A stretch of DNA of 64,000 bases from the NCBI GenBank assembly GCA_026996855.1, contig JALWJZ010000016.1, forward strand, positions 567 through 64,566, read 5' to 3'. Both the position numbers and the translations under genes were made by a program. The notes below the pieces were generated by a model, which did no database searches, was not told the origin of the DNA, and saw nothing but the letters and a program-made list of their open reading frames with translations. Origin of the DNA: Anaerolineales bacterium (GTDB lineage: Bacteria; Chloroflexota; Anaerolineae; Anaerolineales; DRMV01). This document shows positions 18,838 through 27,794 of this stretch, piece by piece (the stretch's first letter is position 1; each line of letters begins with the position of its first letter).

Positions 18838-19134
18838 GGATACTCCTACTCGAGGATCGCCCAGGCGTTTTTCATGTTCGAACGCATGTTTACACGGGGG
18901 GGGTACGGAGGGCATAGCGTATCCGCTATGAAATGGGGGGCGGAGCCGCGCGTCAAAGTGGGGGGCCGAATGAGTCTTGCCCAGAATTAGAGTAGTTTCA
19001 GGGCTTCGTCTTTCGTGCATCACCGTTGGGTGCACGGTGGTGTTTCGGCATGGTGGTCGAAGGAGTCTTTTTCCCGTAGGGTCGGCATTCGCGATGCGGG
19101 TATAATGGGGCCGTGCTTAGGTGAAGTTGTTTCG

Positions 19135-19758
19135 ATGTTGCAGGGTGTTTCGGCTATGGTCTTTGCTTGGAACGCTTCTTTAGTAGTTGCTTTGGGCTTG
19201 CCCCTTTTGGGTGGATTGCTTCCCGCCGTGGCTCGCGATTGGCGTTGGATTTTGCTGGGCGTGGTGCTGGCCGAAGGTGGGGTGGGCTGGCTGTTGTTGC
19301 AGGTCTGGCCCCCTGCCATGGCTTTGAGTTTGTGGATGGCCGGTTGGATAGCCGCGGTTTTTTTGGGTTTGGGGCAGAGTCACCAATGGCGCCAGGGCGC
19401 GCCCTTGCCCACGGCCTGGGGCGGGCGTCTGTTTCGTTTTACGCTGGTGGGTTTTGCCTTGGTGTTGCTGGCTTTGCACGTCGGCCGGGCCGCGGCCTGG
19501 TTGCCCGAAACCATGGGAATGGTGCAAGCCTGGGCCGCGTTGGGCCTCATCCTGGCGGGGGTGCTGCACCTGGCCATGACCCAGCATCCCTTCCGGGTTA
19601 CCGTCAGTCTGATGGTGTTGCTCGCGGGCTTCTCCCTGGTCTATGCGCATTTGGAACAATCTTTGTTGCTCACCGTGCTTTTGGTAGGGGTGACCCTCTT
19701 TCTGGGCGCGATGGGGAGTTATTTGCTGTTCGGCCCCTTACCGGAGGCAGGCCCATGA
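19135..19758 (+). CDS. polytopic membrane protein, translationally coupled to the NuoN-like gene
   Basis: About 6 hydrophobic segments (MLQGVSAMVFAWNASLVVALGLPLLGG..). Its stop overlaps the next start (ATGA at 19755-19758). Confidence 0.5.
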   Translation: MLQGVSAMVFAWNASLVVALGLPLLGGLLPAVARDWRWILLGVVLAEGGVGWLLLQVWPPAMALSLWMAGWIAAVFLGLGQSHQWRQGAPLPTAWGGRLFRFTLVGFALVLLALHVGRAAAWLPETMGMVQAWAALGLILAGVLHLAMTQHPFRVTVSLMVLLAGFSLVYAHLEQSLLLTVLLVGVTLFLGAMGSYLLFGPLPEAGP

Positions 19759-21179
19759 ACGCACCCTGGCTGTGGATTCTCCTTCCGGGCCTGGTAGCCG
19801 GGGGCCTCATCCTCTGGCCGGCTTCCACCCGGACCAAGGCCCGGGTGGGAGCCGGGGTGGCCCTGTTTCTGGGTGTGCTGGCCGGGTTGCTTCCCATCGA
19901 CCGAGTCTTGATGCCCTGGCCGGGCCGGGTGGTTTTCAAGGTGTCTTCCGAATGGGTGCTGTTGGGGCGTTCCCTGGTGGTGCCCGATTCATTGCGTCCC
20001 TGGCTGATGGGTGTGTACGGGAGCCTGGCTTTGTGGCTGTGGGCTGCACCCTGGGCGCGCATGCGGCCCAACTTCGTGGGTTGGGGGTTGATGGTCACGG
20101 TTTTCCTGGTGAGCGCTCTGGCGGTGCGGCCCTTTCTGTACGCGGCCCTCTTGGTGGAAATGGCCGTGCTGGCCGCCATTCCCCTGCTTACGCCGGCGGA
20201 CGAACCGGCTACCCCGGGCGTGGTGCGTTATCTGGCCTGGATGACCCTGGGAATGCCCTTTTTGTTGCTGGCCAGTGAGCTCCTGGTGGGTCTGGAAACG
20301 GGTCTGTTGGAGTCGCCTCTGGTGCTTCGGGCCGCGGTGGTGCTGGTTCTGGGGTTTTTGCCCTGGTTGGGTATCGCGCCATTCCACAGCGTGGCTCCCC
20401 TGCTGGGAGAATCCACCCCGCCTTATCGGGCTGCCTTCGTGCTCACCATGACCACCAGCATCATGGGGCTGTTTGCCCTGGGTTTTTTGGAGCAATATGC
20501 CTGGCTTCGGGAAACACCCCAGGTGTACACGGCCCTGCGCCTGGCCGGAATGTTCATGTTCTTGCTGGGGAGCCTGTGGGCGCCGTTTCAGCCCCATGCG
20601 GGCAGGGCGTTGGGTTACGCCTGGGTCGCCGAAAACGGTCTGGGCATTTTGGCCCTGGGCCTGGGCGGGAAAGCGGGACTGAGCACGTACGCCTGGCTCA
20701 TGCCGGCCCGTATGGCCCTGTTTTGGGCTTTGGCTCTGAGTTTGAGCGTGCTCGCTGCCGATGGGAAAGGGTATCACCGGGACGTGCTGGAGGGCCGCTT
20801 CTGGACCCACCCCTGGGCTTCTCTCCTGTGGGTGCTGGCCTGGGCCGGTCTGGCCGCCCTGCCTGTGACCTTGGGCCTGTGGCCCCGTTGGCATCTGGCC
20901 CGGCAACTCATGGCCCGGGGGCCGGCCTGGTCCGGATGGTTGTTGTTGGGTTTTCTGGCACTGGCCGGCACCGGTTTGCGCTGGTTGCGCTTTTTCCTGG
21001 ACCAGGAAGCCGGGAAGGTCGCTTCGGAGTCCCCGAGCACCCCTCGAGAAAAGACTTGGGACCGCCTGGCTCTGGGTTTTGGCTTTGGTTTGCTGTTGAT
21101 AGGATGGCTGTGGCCCCAGGGGGTGGTTCGCTGCTGGGCCGAATGGGCCGTGTTGCACTTTCCCCAATTGGTGAAATGA
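19755..21179 (+). CDS. divergent proton-conducting membrane transporter family protein (NuoN/MrpD-like)
   Basis: About 14 TM segments. LGIAPFHSVAPLLGESTPPYRAAFVLTMTT resembles the PfH.W.P....g.P motif region of PF00361 proteins. Confidence 0.5.
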   Translation: MNAPWLWILLPGLVAGGLILWPASTRTKARVGAGVALFLGVLAGLLPIDRVLMPWPGRVVFKVSSEWVLLGRSLVVPDSLRPWLMGVYGSLALWLWAAPWARMRPNFVGWGLMVTVFLVSALAVRPFLYAALLVEMAVLAAIPLLTPADEPATPGVVRYLAWMTLGMPFLLLASELLVGLETGLLESPLVLRAAVVLVLGFLPWLGIAPFHSVAPLLGESTPPYRAAFVLTMTTSIMGLFALGFLEQYAWLRETPQVYTALRLAGMFMFLLGSLWAPFQPHAGRALGYAWVAENGLGILALGLGGKAGLSTYAWLMPARMALFWALALSLSVLAADGKGYHRDVLEGRFWTHPWASLLWVLAWAGLAALPVTLGLWPRWHLARQLMARGPAWSGWLLLGFLALAGTGLRWLRFFLDQEAGKVASESPSTPREKTWDRLALGFGFGLLLIGWLWPQGVVRCWAEWAVLHFPQLVK

Positions 21180-21239
21180 GGTGAGGTTCGGTCCCCGGCT
21201 TTCTTTCCCATGTAAGGGAAAGGTCGTTTTGCGGGGTGT

Positions 21240-21923
21240 TCACCCTTCCACCACGTAGTCAAAGGCCAGGAAAGCGGCGGTGCCGAAAAGCACGTCGTAC
21301 ACCAGGAGCAGGTTGACCCAGGTACGCACTTCGTCCCAGGGCAGGCCCGTCAAGAAGCCTTCGGAGGCCCGAACCGCGGCTACCAGGATGGGCAGGACCA
21401 GAGGAAAGAGCAGCAGGGGGAGCAGAATGTCGCGCGTGCGGGCCTGTACCGTCATGGTGGCGATGAGGGTGCCCACGGCGATGTAGCCCACGAACCCCAG
21501 TACCAGCACCGCGACGAAACCGCCGTTCAGGAAGGACACGTTGTACAGCGCGCTGTACAGGGGAATGACGATGGCCGCGGTGATGTGCAGGAAGACCAGG
21601 TTGGCCAGCACTTTGCCCAAATAGAGCGCGCCCCGGTCTACCGGCGCCAGGAGCAACCCTTCCAGGCATTGATTCTCCCGCTCCATGCTCATGGAACGGT
21701 TCAGCCCCAGGGTTCCGGCAAAGGCGAACAGGGTCCAGAGAACGCCCACGGCCACCCGTTGCTGGGCGCGGGGGTCGAATTCCAGCGCGAAGTCGAAGAT
21801 GAAAATCACCAGCAGGGCAAAGGTCCATTGTGCAGTGAGGATTTCCCGGCTGCGCCATTCCGCGGTCAGGTCTTTGAGAAAGACGGCCCAGGTGGCCTTC
21901 CAGAAGGAAGTCGGACCCTTCAT
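21240..21923 (-). CDS. ccmB: heme exporter permease CcmB
   Basis: SFWKATWAVFLKDLTAEWRSRE..LLAPVDRGALYLGK.. is typical CcmB. ATGA overlap with the ccmA stop. Confidence 0.8.
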   Translation of the reverse strand: MKGPTSFWKATWAVFLKDLTAEWRSREILTAQWTFALLVIFIFDFALEFDPRAQQRVAVGVLWTLFAFAGTLGLNRSMSMERENQCLEGLLLAPVDRGALYLGKVLANLVFLHITAAIVIPLYSALYNVSFLNGGFVAVLVLGFVGYIAVGTLIATMTVQARTRDILLPLLLFPLVLPILVAAVRASEGFLTGLPWDEVRTWVNLLLVYDVLFGTAAFLAFDYVVEG

Positions 21924-22678
21924 GATGGAACCTCGATGGGGTTGATGAGTTGACTCTGGTACCACTCTTGCAATTCGCTCAGGGTCAGATGTCGATTGGG
22001 CAGGGTGGCCTGAAGGCGCCCACGGTGCAACAGGTCGAAACGGGTGGCCAGGGGAAGCACCCGGGGGAAGTCGTGGGACGTCAGCACCAGGGTGTGGCCC
22101 TGGTGCTGCAATTCGGCCAGGATGCGGCTCAACATCCGGGCGCCATCCTGGTCCAGTCCGGTGAAGGGTTCGTCCAGGAGCAACAGAGGGGGACGGGTCA
22201 ACAGCACCCGGGCCAGGGCCAGGCGCTGTTGCATTCCCCGGGAGAAGGTACGCACCGGGTCGCGGCGCCGTGCAGCCAGGCCCACCTGAGCCAGGAGATG
22301 ACTCAGGCGCTCTTCGGCATGGGGCACCTGATAGAGCCGGGCGTAAAAGCGCAGGTTTTGTTCCGCGCTCAGGTCCGGGTAGAGGAAGGGTGCATGGCCC
22401 AGGTAACCGATGCGCTGCCGGGCCTGGGTGGCTTCCTTGGGCAGGGCGGCACCCACCACTTCGACGCGGCCTCCTTGAAAACGAGTCAGGGTGGCCAGCA
22501 CCCGGAGCAGGGTGGTCTTGCCCGCACCGTTGGGTCCCAAAAGCACCACCGTTTCACCCGGCTCCACCTGCCAATCCAAACCCCGCAATACCCAGTGGTA
22601 TCCAAAACGTTTGTGCAAGCCCTGTACGCGAACGATGGGGGATGGGGTCGTCAAAGCACTGTCTCCGATGGAATGCAT
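21920..22678 (-). CDS. ccmA: ABC transporter ATP-binding protein (heme exporter CcmA-like)
   Basis: Walker A GPNGAGKTT, signature FSRGMQQRLALA, Walker B LLLLDEP. An alternative TTG start at 22654 has a better SD. Confidence 0.8.
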   Translation of the reverse strand: MHSIGDSALTTPSPIVRVQGLHKRFGYHWVLRGLDWQVEPGETVVLLGPNGAGKTTLLRVLATLTRFQGGRVEVVGAALPKEATQARQRIGYLGHAPFLYPDLSAEQNLRFYARLYQVPHAEERLSHLLAQVGLAARRRDPVRTFSRGMQQRLALARVLLTRPPLLLLDEPFTGLDQDGARMLSRILAELQHQGHTLVLTSHDFPRVLPLATRFDLLHRGRLQATLPNRHLTLSELQEWYQSQLINPIEVPS

Positions 22679-22760
22679 GGATGCGTTTTGTCGGGGTCGC
22701 TGCGTCTTCCGCACCCGGTCGCGGCGGGACGGGCCGCCTCCGAGGGTGCCTTCGGAGGTT

Positions 22761-23273
22761 TCAGCCGGAACCGTAGGATACGTCCACAATGGTGATTTCC
22801 ATGGGACCGGCAGGCGTCATCACGGTTACCCGGTCGCCCTTCCGGCGGCCCATAAGGGCCCGACCCATAGGGGATTCATGGGAAATCTTACCGTTGGTCG
22901 GGTCGGCTTCCGTGGGCCCCACGATGAGGTAGGTTTCCGGCGGATAACCGTCTTCTTGAATGGTCACACGCGCTCCCAGGTCTACCACGTCCTTGTGGGT
23001 ATCCTGGTCGATGATGACTGCATAGCGCAAGATGGTTTCCAGTTCCTGGATGCGTCCCTCGACGAAGCCCTGCTCTTCCTTGGTGGCGATGTAGTCGGCG
23101 TTTTCCGAGAGGTCGCCCATCTGGATGGCCGCGCGCAAACGTTCTGCCAGTTCCCGACGCTTTTCGTTCTTCAGATACTCCAATTCGTCCTTGAGTTTGC
23201 GGTAACCTTCGTGTGTCAGGTGGAATACCGGTTTTTTCTGCTGACTTGTGTTCTTGAACTTTTGCCGCGCCAT
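22761..23273 (-). CDS. greA: transcription elongation factor GreA
   Basis: LTHEGYRKLKDELEYLK..AIQMGDLSENADY..GKISHESPMGRAL. SD is GGAGGG. Confidence 0.9.
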   Translation of the reverse strand: MARQKFKNTSQQKKPVFHLTHEGYRKLKDELEYLKNEKRRELAERLRAAIQMGDLSENADYIATKEEQGFVEGRIQELETILRYAVIIDQDTHKDVVDLGARVTIQEDGYPPETYLIVGPTEADPTNGKISHESPMGRALMGRRKGDRVTVMTPAGPMEITIVDVSYGSG

Positions 23274-23698
23274 CCTCGTTCCCTCCTGCCATGCCCCTGT
23301 TCCTGGAAAGGGGTTCGGTGCTGCTTGAGTGGGATAAAATCCACCCTTTCCCATCCGCTGGTTTTGCGGCGGGATGCCCTCATTTTAGCCAAGCCCGTTC
23401 AGGGTTTCAACTCCATCAACATCTGACCACGCGTTTTTCAAAATCCAACACATCGCACTTTCTCACGGAGACACAGAGAACACAGAGAAAATTTTGACCT
23501 TCTCCAGCAAATACTCCGTGTTCTCCGTGGCTCTGTGTGAGCACTCATTAGAACATGCGAAACGCCTGGATAAGGAGCCAGAACCGTTTTGAATTCGGTG
23601 GGAGCGGGTATAATGACAGACATGTCGTGGCTCGATGGGAATGAGCCTTCTCGGTCGGCCCAAAAGGCTTCGGGACCTCCTCAAGAGGTGAAAGGTCG

Positions 23699-26600
23699 AT
23701 GATCAGTTGGATGTTGTTTTCCCTGGGGTTGAGCCTGCTGGCTACACCTTTTTTCATTTGGGTGGTGTACAGCCGGCGTTCCACGTTGCAACACGCGTTC
23801 CCCTGGGCCCAATTTACGGCGATGAGCATGACCCTCTCGGTGTGGAGTTATGCGTTATCCCTATTTGGGGTCAATGTGGAGGCCAAACGGCTTTTGTATT
23901 TGATGGCGATTTTCTTCCTTAACTTGAGCGCAATAGCCGCTTCTTTTTTCGTTTTGGCTTTGGTGTTCCAGCGGTCCCGTTGGCTGGTTCGGGCTGCCAT
24001 TGCAAGTTTCGTTGTGTTGGGACTGGCCTACATCCCGTTACTGTTGGGCGAGGTTACCTGGCGTACCGTCGTGGTGGAGGAGGCGTGGTTACAGGTTCAG
24101 GTGCCGGTTTCCCTGCCGGGGCGTTTTTGGCGAGCAGCGTTGACTTGGATCATCTTGGCCCTGGCCTTTCTGGTGGCCGCATGGCAGCGCTTGCGAGGGC
24201 TGTCCCTCTATCGCTGGCGTCAGGTGTTGATTTACTTCGTGGGCCTTTTGTTGCCCTACCTGTGGTGGGCTGTGGATACACTGTGGGCGCCCTTTCCAGG
24301 ACTTTCTCTTTTGTGGACCCATATCTGGGTCACGGTGGTACTGTGGACCGCGGGCATGTATTGGGGTCGGCTGGGGGAGATTCCCGTTGTGACGCCGGAG
24401 CAAGTCTTGCATCATAGCGAGATTGGTGTGCTGGTGTTCGCCCATCCCGAACACGACATTCTCTGGTGGAACGAGCGGGTGGCTCGCTGGTTTGGGGGGG
24501 AGGATGGTTTACAGTTGCCAGCCGACCTGTTGGTTCGGCTGCCGGTTTTGTTGGGGATGGCGACCCACCGCCAGGTGGATTTGCCTACTCGCGAAGGTGC
24601 ACGAACGTTTCAAATTGCCTCGGTGGCGTTGGAGGCCAACGACCGGCCTGTGGCCTGGGCTTTGCTACTGCACGACATCACCGAAGAGGTGGACGCGGCC
24701 CGGGAAATCGAACGGCAACTGGTGCTGGCTTCTTTGCGGGAGGATTTGCTGGCATACGGGTTGGAGGCCGAATCCATGGCGGACCTGGCACGGCGCATGG
24801 TGCGCCGCCTGGCCCAGCCCTGGCCGGATTTCATTCCCGTGGGGTGTGCTCTGTACCTTTGCGAAGGCGAGCACCCGGAGGCCCATGGTGAACAGGTCTT
24901 TTCCGGGCGTCTGTTGGCCGCGTATCCCGAAGATAAGCCCTGGCGTACCACCTGGCAGGGCATGCTTCAAGACCTGGTTCCGCTGGAGGAGGTACCTCTG
25001 TTGCCTCCTGACCAGTTCGATGAATCGCATGTAGTAAGTTGTCTTCCCCTTTACACCCCTGACCCCGAAAACAAACGATTGTGGGGCCAGGTGGTTTGGG
25101 TCCTTCCTCAAGAGCATGGCCCGGCCAAAGCCGGCTGGAAGGCTGCCCTGGAAGACCTGTCTCCGGTTTTGTCCTTCCTCTTGCATGCGGTTCGAGAACG
25201 CGTCCAGCAGAGCATCATGGAGCAGGCTTTCGCCGCCATGCCCGTTCCCGTCTTGTTGCTGAATCGTCGAGGCACATTGCGTATGTGGAATCGCGCCCTG
25301 GGTAGGCTCCTGGAAACGCAGGGGGTGTCCCTTGAGCGTTTTATGAAGGAAAACACACCTTTCACGGATCAATGGCTGGGCCTGCCTTTGTGGAAACAAA
25401 TTTTGGAAGGCCTGGAAACTCGTGGGTATTGGAGTCAGATTTTGATTCAGGAGCGGGATGGACGGAAATATTATTGGTGGTTGACCGCCTATCCGATACG
25501 ACGCATTGGGAAGGAAGTGGTGGAAATTGGGCTGGTGTTGAACGATTTTTACCCCCTGGAACGCGCCCGTCAGGAGGCCCAGGCCCAGCAAGCGTTTCTG
25601 GAGCGTTTGTTGCACGCGGTTCAGCTCATGTGGCAGGCTCTGCCTTCCATCAACCGGCTTTTGCAAGAGGTTCTGCGCTTGTTGCGTTCCTGGTATCCCC
25701 AGGCCCATGTTTCGTTGGTGTTGGTGGACCGAGACAAGTTGGGCCGCATGTACGTGACCACCTGGATGCGGGAGACAGGTCTGCAAGCCGTTCCGCCCTT
25801 CTTCCACCGCATGCTGCACGAAGGCGCCATGGGCTGGGCTTTGCGTCACCAACGATGTCTGTCCATCCCCGACGTGCAATCTTCTCCTCACTGGAGCGAG
25901 CGGGACCTTCCCGGTGCCAAGGTGCGAAGCGCCCTGGTTGCGCCTATGCTCTATCGCGGGCGGCCTCTAGGCGTGTTGGTTGTGGGGCATCCCGAACCGG
26001 GGCAATTCACGGAGACGGATTGTCAATTGCTGGAGTCCATGGCCCACTGGCTGGCCCTGGCTTTGCAAAATGCCCGGTTGTACGAAGACGAAACTCGTCT
26101 GCAGCGTTTGCACGAGCGTCTGCAGCAGCATATGACTCGTTTGCGCATGAACCAGGAGCGGATTTTCCGCTATCTCAGCCAGGAACTGCGGGTACCCCTC
26201 CAGGCGTTTGCCACTTACCTGAATCAGGTGCAGACCCAGCCGCCGGGAAACGGTGTGGTAGCGGAAGTGCTGGACCACATTCATCATGCAGTGGAGGATA
26301 TGGTCAGCACCATCAATGTGTACCTGGACAGCCAACAACGCGCCCAGGCCCAAATGGATGAGGTGGTTCAGACCTTCCAGATTCGGGAAGTCTTCCAAGA
26401 GATTCGCGAGGTGCTACAACCTTTGCTGGAGCGTTACCAGGTGACTTTGGAATATGAAGTCTCGCCCAAAACCCTGGAGATGACACAGCCCCGTCGGGTG
26501 CTACGTCAGGTGTTGCAGTACCTGGTGGAACTGGGGGTGCGCCGTTCGCAAGGGGGGCAGGTGGTCTTGCGGGCTTTTTACGACCCTGAATCGGTGCCTC

Positions 26601-26866
26601 CGGGCGTGGTCTTTTGGGTGCTGGATACGGGCGAGCCGGTGGACCCCAAGGAGGTGGAGCGCTTTTTGGAGGCCGACCAGGCCGGTGGTGCCGTGTCTTC
26701 TGCCCTGCCCCTGGTCTTCCTTTCCCAGCAAATCAACCTGGCCCTGGTGCGGGAGCGCGTTCGCGATTTGGAGGCCGTTTTGCAAGTGCGTACGGTGACG
26801 GGTTTCGGCTTGGCCTTTTGGTTGTGGGTGCCTTTACGTCCTTCCCGGATGACCGCATCTTCTTGA
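23699..26866 (+). CDS. membrane sensor with PAS/GAF and a degenerate histidine-kinase core (pseudo-kinase)
   Basis: The N-terminal ~230 aa are multi-TM. GAF-like segment LVAPMLYRGRPLGVLVVGHPEPGQFTE. The H-box reads YLSQELRVPL, with Gln (26180-26182) at the phospho-His position. Confidence 0.75.
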   Translation: MISWMLFSLGLSLLATPFFIWVVYSRRSTLQHAFPWAQFTAMSMTLSVWSYALSLFGVNVEAKRLLYLMAIFFLNLSAIAASFFVLALVFQRSRWLVRAAIASFVVLGLAYIPLLLGEVTWRTVVVEEAWLQVQVPVSLPGRFWRAALTWIILALAFLVAAWQRLRGLSLYRWRQVLIYFVGLLLPYLWWAVDTLWAPFPGLSLLWTHIWVTVVLWTAGMYWGRLGEIPVVTPEQVLHHSEIGVLVFAHPEHDILWWNERVARWFGGEDGLQLPADLLVRLPVLLGMATHRQVDLPTREGARTFQIASVALEANDRPVAWALLLHDITEEVDAAREIERQLVLASLREDLLAYGLEAESMADLARRMVRRLAQPWPDFIPVGCALYLCEGEHPEAHGEQVFSGRLLAAYPEDKPWRTTWQGMLQDLVPLEEVPLLPPDQFDESHVVSCLPLYTPDPENKRLWGQVVWVLPQEHGPAKAGWKAALEDLSPVLSFLLHAVRERVQQSIMEQAFAAMPVPVLLLNRRGTLRMWNRALGRLLETQGVSLERFMKENTPFTDQWLGLPLWKQILEGLETRGYWSQILIQERDGRKYYWWLTAYPIRRIGKEVVEIGLVLNDFYPLERARQEAQAQQAFLERLLHAVQLMWQALPSINRLLQEVLRLLRSWYPQAHVSLVLVDRDKLGRMYVTTWMRETGLQAVPPFFHRMLHEGAMGWALRHQRCLSIPDVQSSPHWSERDLPGAKVRSALVAPMLYRGRPLGVLVVGHPEPGQFTETDCQLLESMAHWLALALQNARLYEDETRLQRLHERLQQHMTRLRMNQERIFRYLSQELRVPLQAFATYLNQVQTQPPGNGVVAEVLDHIHHAVEDMVSTINVYLDSQQRAQAQMDEVVQTFQIREVFQEIREVLQPLLERYQVTLEYEVSPKTLEMTQPRRVLRQVLQYLVELGVRRSQGGQVVLRAFYDPESVPPGVVFWVLDTGEPVDPKEVERFLEADQAGGAVSSALPLVFLSQQINLALVRERVRDLEAVLQVRTVTGFGLAFWLWVPLRPSRMTASS

Positions 26867-27019
26867 GGGAGAAACGACAAAGCGGTTGCTTGGTTGCCAG
26901 CGGCCGTTGCGTTGTCCTTGGTAAAAAGAGCCATCCATGCATCGCATACGGTGCGACGCGAACCTTCGCCAAGGGAGCTATTCCCGGGGTGGCAATCCCC
27001 TTCGTCGAGGTTGGTCATC

Positions 27020-27763
27020 ATGCGAAAAGGTCGGCCCGTTTTGTATGCCCTGGCGTTCATGGGTTTCTTCCTGTTGGCCGGGTGTGGTGCGTTCGTGGGT
27101 AAAAGGGAGGGTACACCTACGGTGTTTTGGCTTCCCACCCTGCCGGTATCCACTGCCACGCCCACCGTGCCTCCCACCTTCGTGCTTCCGGCGGGGAAAG
27201 AGGTGCTCTTTTTCGACGATTTTTCCAATCCGGAGCAGGGTACCTGGCCCACTCGTTACGGCCCTTGGGGGGCTATGGGGTACATGGCAGGCGGCTATCG
27301 CATGACCGTCTCCCTGGCCCGGACGGATGTGTGGGCCGTGGCCGGCCTGCCGCCCCTGGACGATGTGCGGGTCGAGGTGGATGCGGTCGCGGTAAGCGGC
27401 TCCGAATACAACTCCTTTGGCGTCCTTTGCCGTTACCAGGATGACGACAACTTTTATTTCTTCGTGGTGAGCAACGCGGGTTTTTATTCCATCATCAAGA
27501 AGGAAGGAGGGGACCAGTACCAACTCCTCCCCGAACGTCAGTTCGCACGGCGGGATGTCATTCGTCCGGGGGGGCAGGTGAACCGGGTGCAGGGAGAATG
27601 CGTGGGGAACACCCTGCGTTTGTACGTGAACGATGTCCTCCTGGCCGAGGTGCGGGATGAACGTACCCCCCTGCCCCCGGGGGATGTGGGCATCCTGGCC
27701 GGGGCTTTCACCGACGCGGGGGTGGTCATTCACTTTGACAATTTCCTGGTGATACGTCCATGA
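27020..27763 (+). CDS. lipoprotein with a concanavalin/DUF1080-like beta-sandwich domain
   Basis: Lipobox FFLLAGC. C-terminus is ..LRLYVNDVLLAEV..GDVGILAG..HFDNFLV. SD is GAGGT. Confidence 0.6.
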   Translation: MRKGRPVLYALAFMGFFLLAGCGAFVGKREGTPTVFWLPTLPVSTATPTVPPTFVLPAGKEVLFFDDFSNPEQGTWPTRYGPWGAMGYMAGGYRMTVSLARTDVWAVAGLPPLDDVRVEVDAVAVSGSEYNSFGVLCRYQDDDNFYFFVVSNAGFYSIIKKEGGDQYQLLPERQFARRDVIRPGGQVNRVQGECVGNTLRLYVNDVLLAEVRDERTPLPPGDVGILAGAFTDAGVVIHFDNFLVIRP

Positions 27764-27794
27764 AAAAAAGCGGGCCTTCTCTGGCCCGCTTTTT
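27763..27794. terminator. bidirectional intrinsic terminator between the lipoprotein gene and leuA
   Basis: aaaaaaa-gcgggcc-ttctct-ggcccgc-ttttt. Confidence 0.8.

Noticed and set aside
18820-19035. The 71-aa ORF on the minus strand in the divergent intergenic region.
   Set aside because: It has no SD and an odd composition. It overlaps G-tracts and promoter-like sequence, so it is probably non-coding.
19101-19106. TATAAT hexamer as the promoter of the 19135 membrane-protein gene.
   Set aside because: There is no acceptable -35 at 16-18 nt and no TG extension. It sits only about 29 nt from the start codon, so it is too weak to call.
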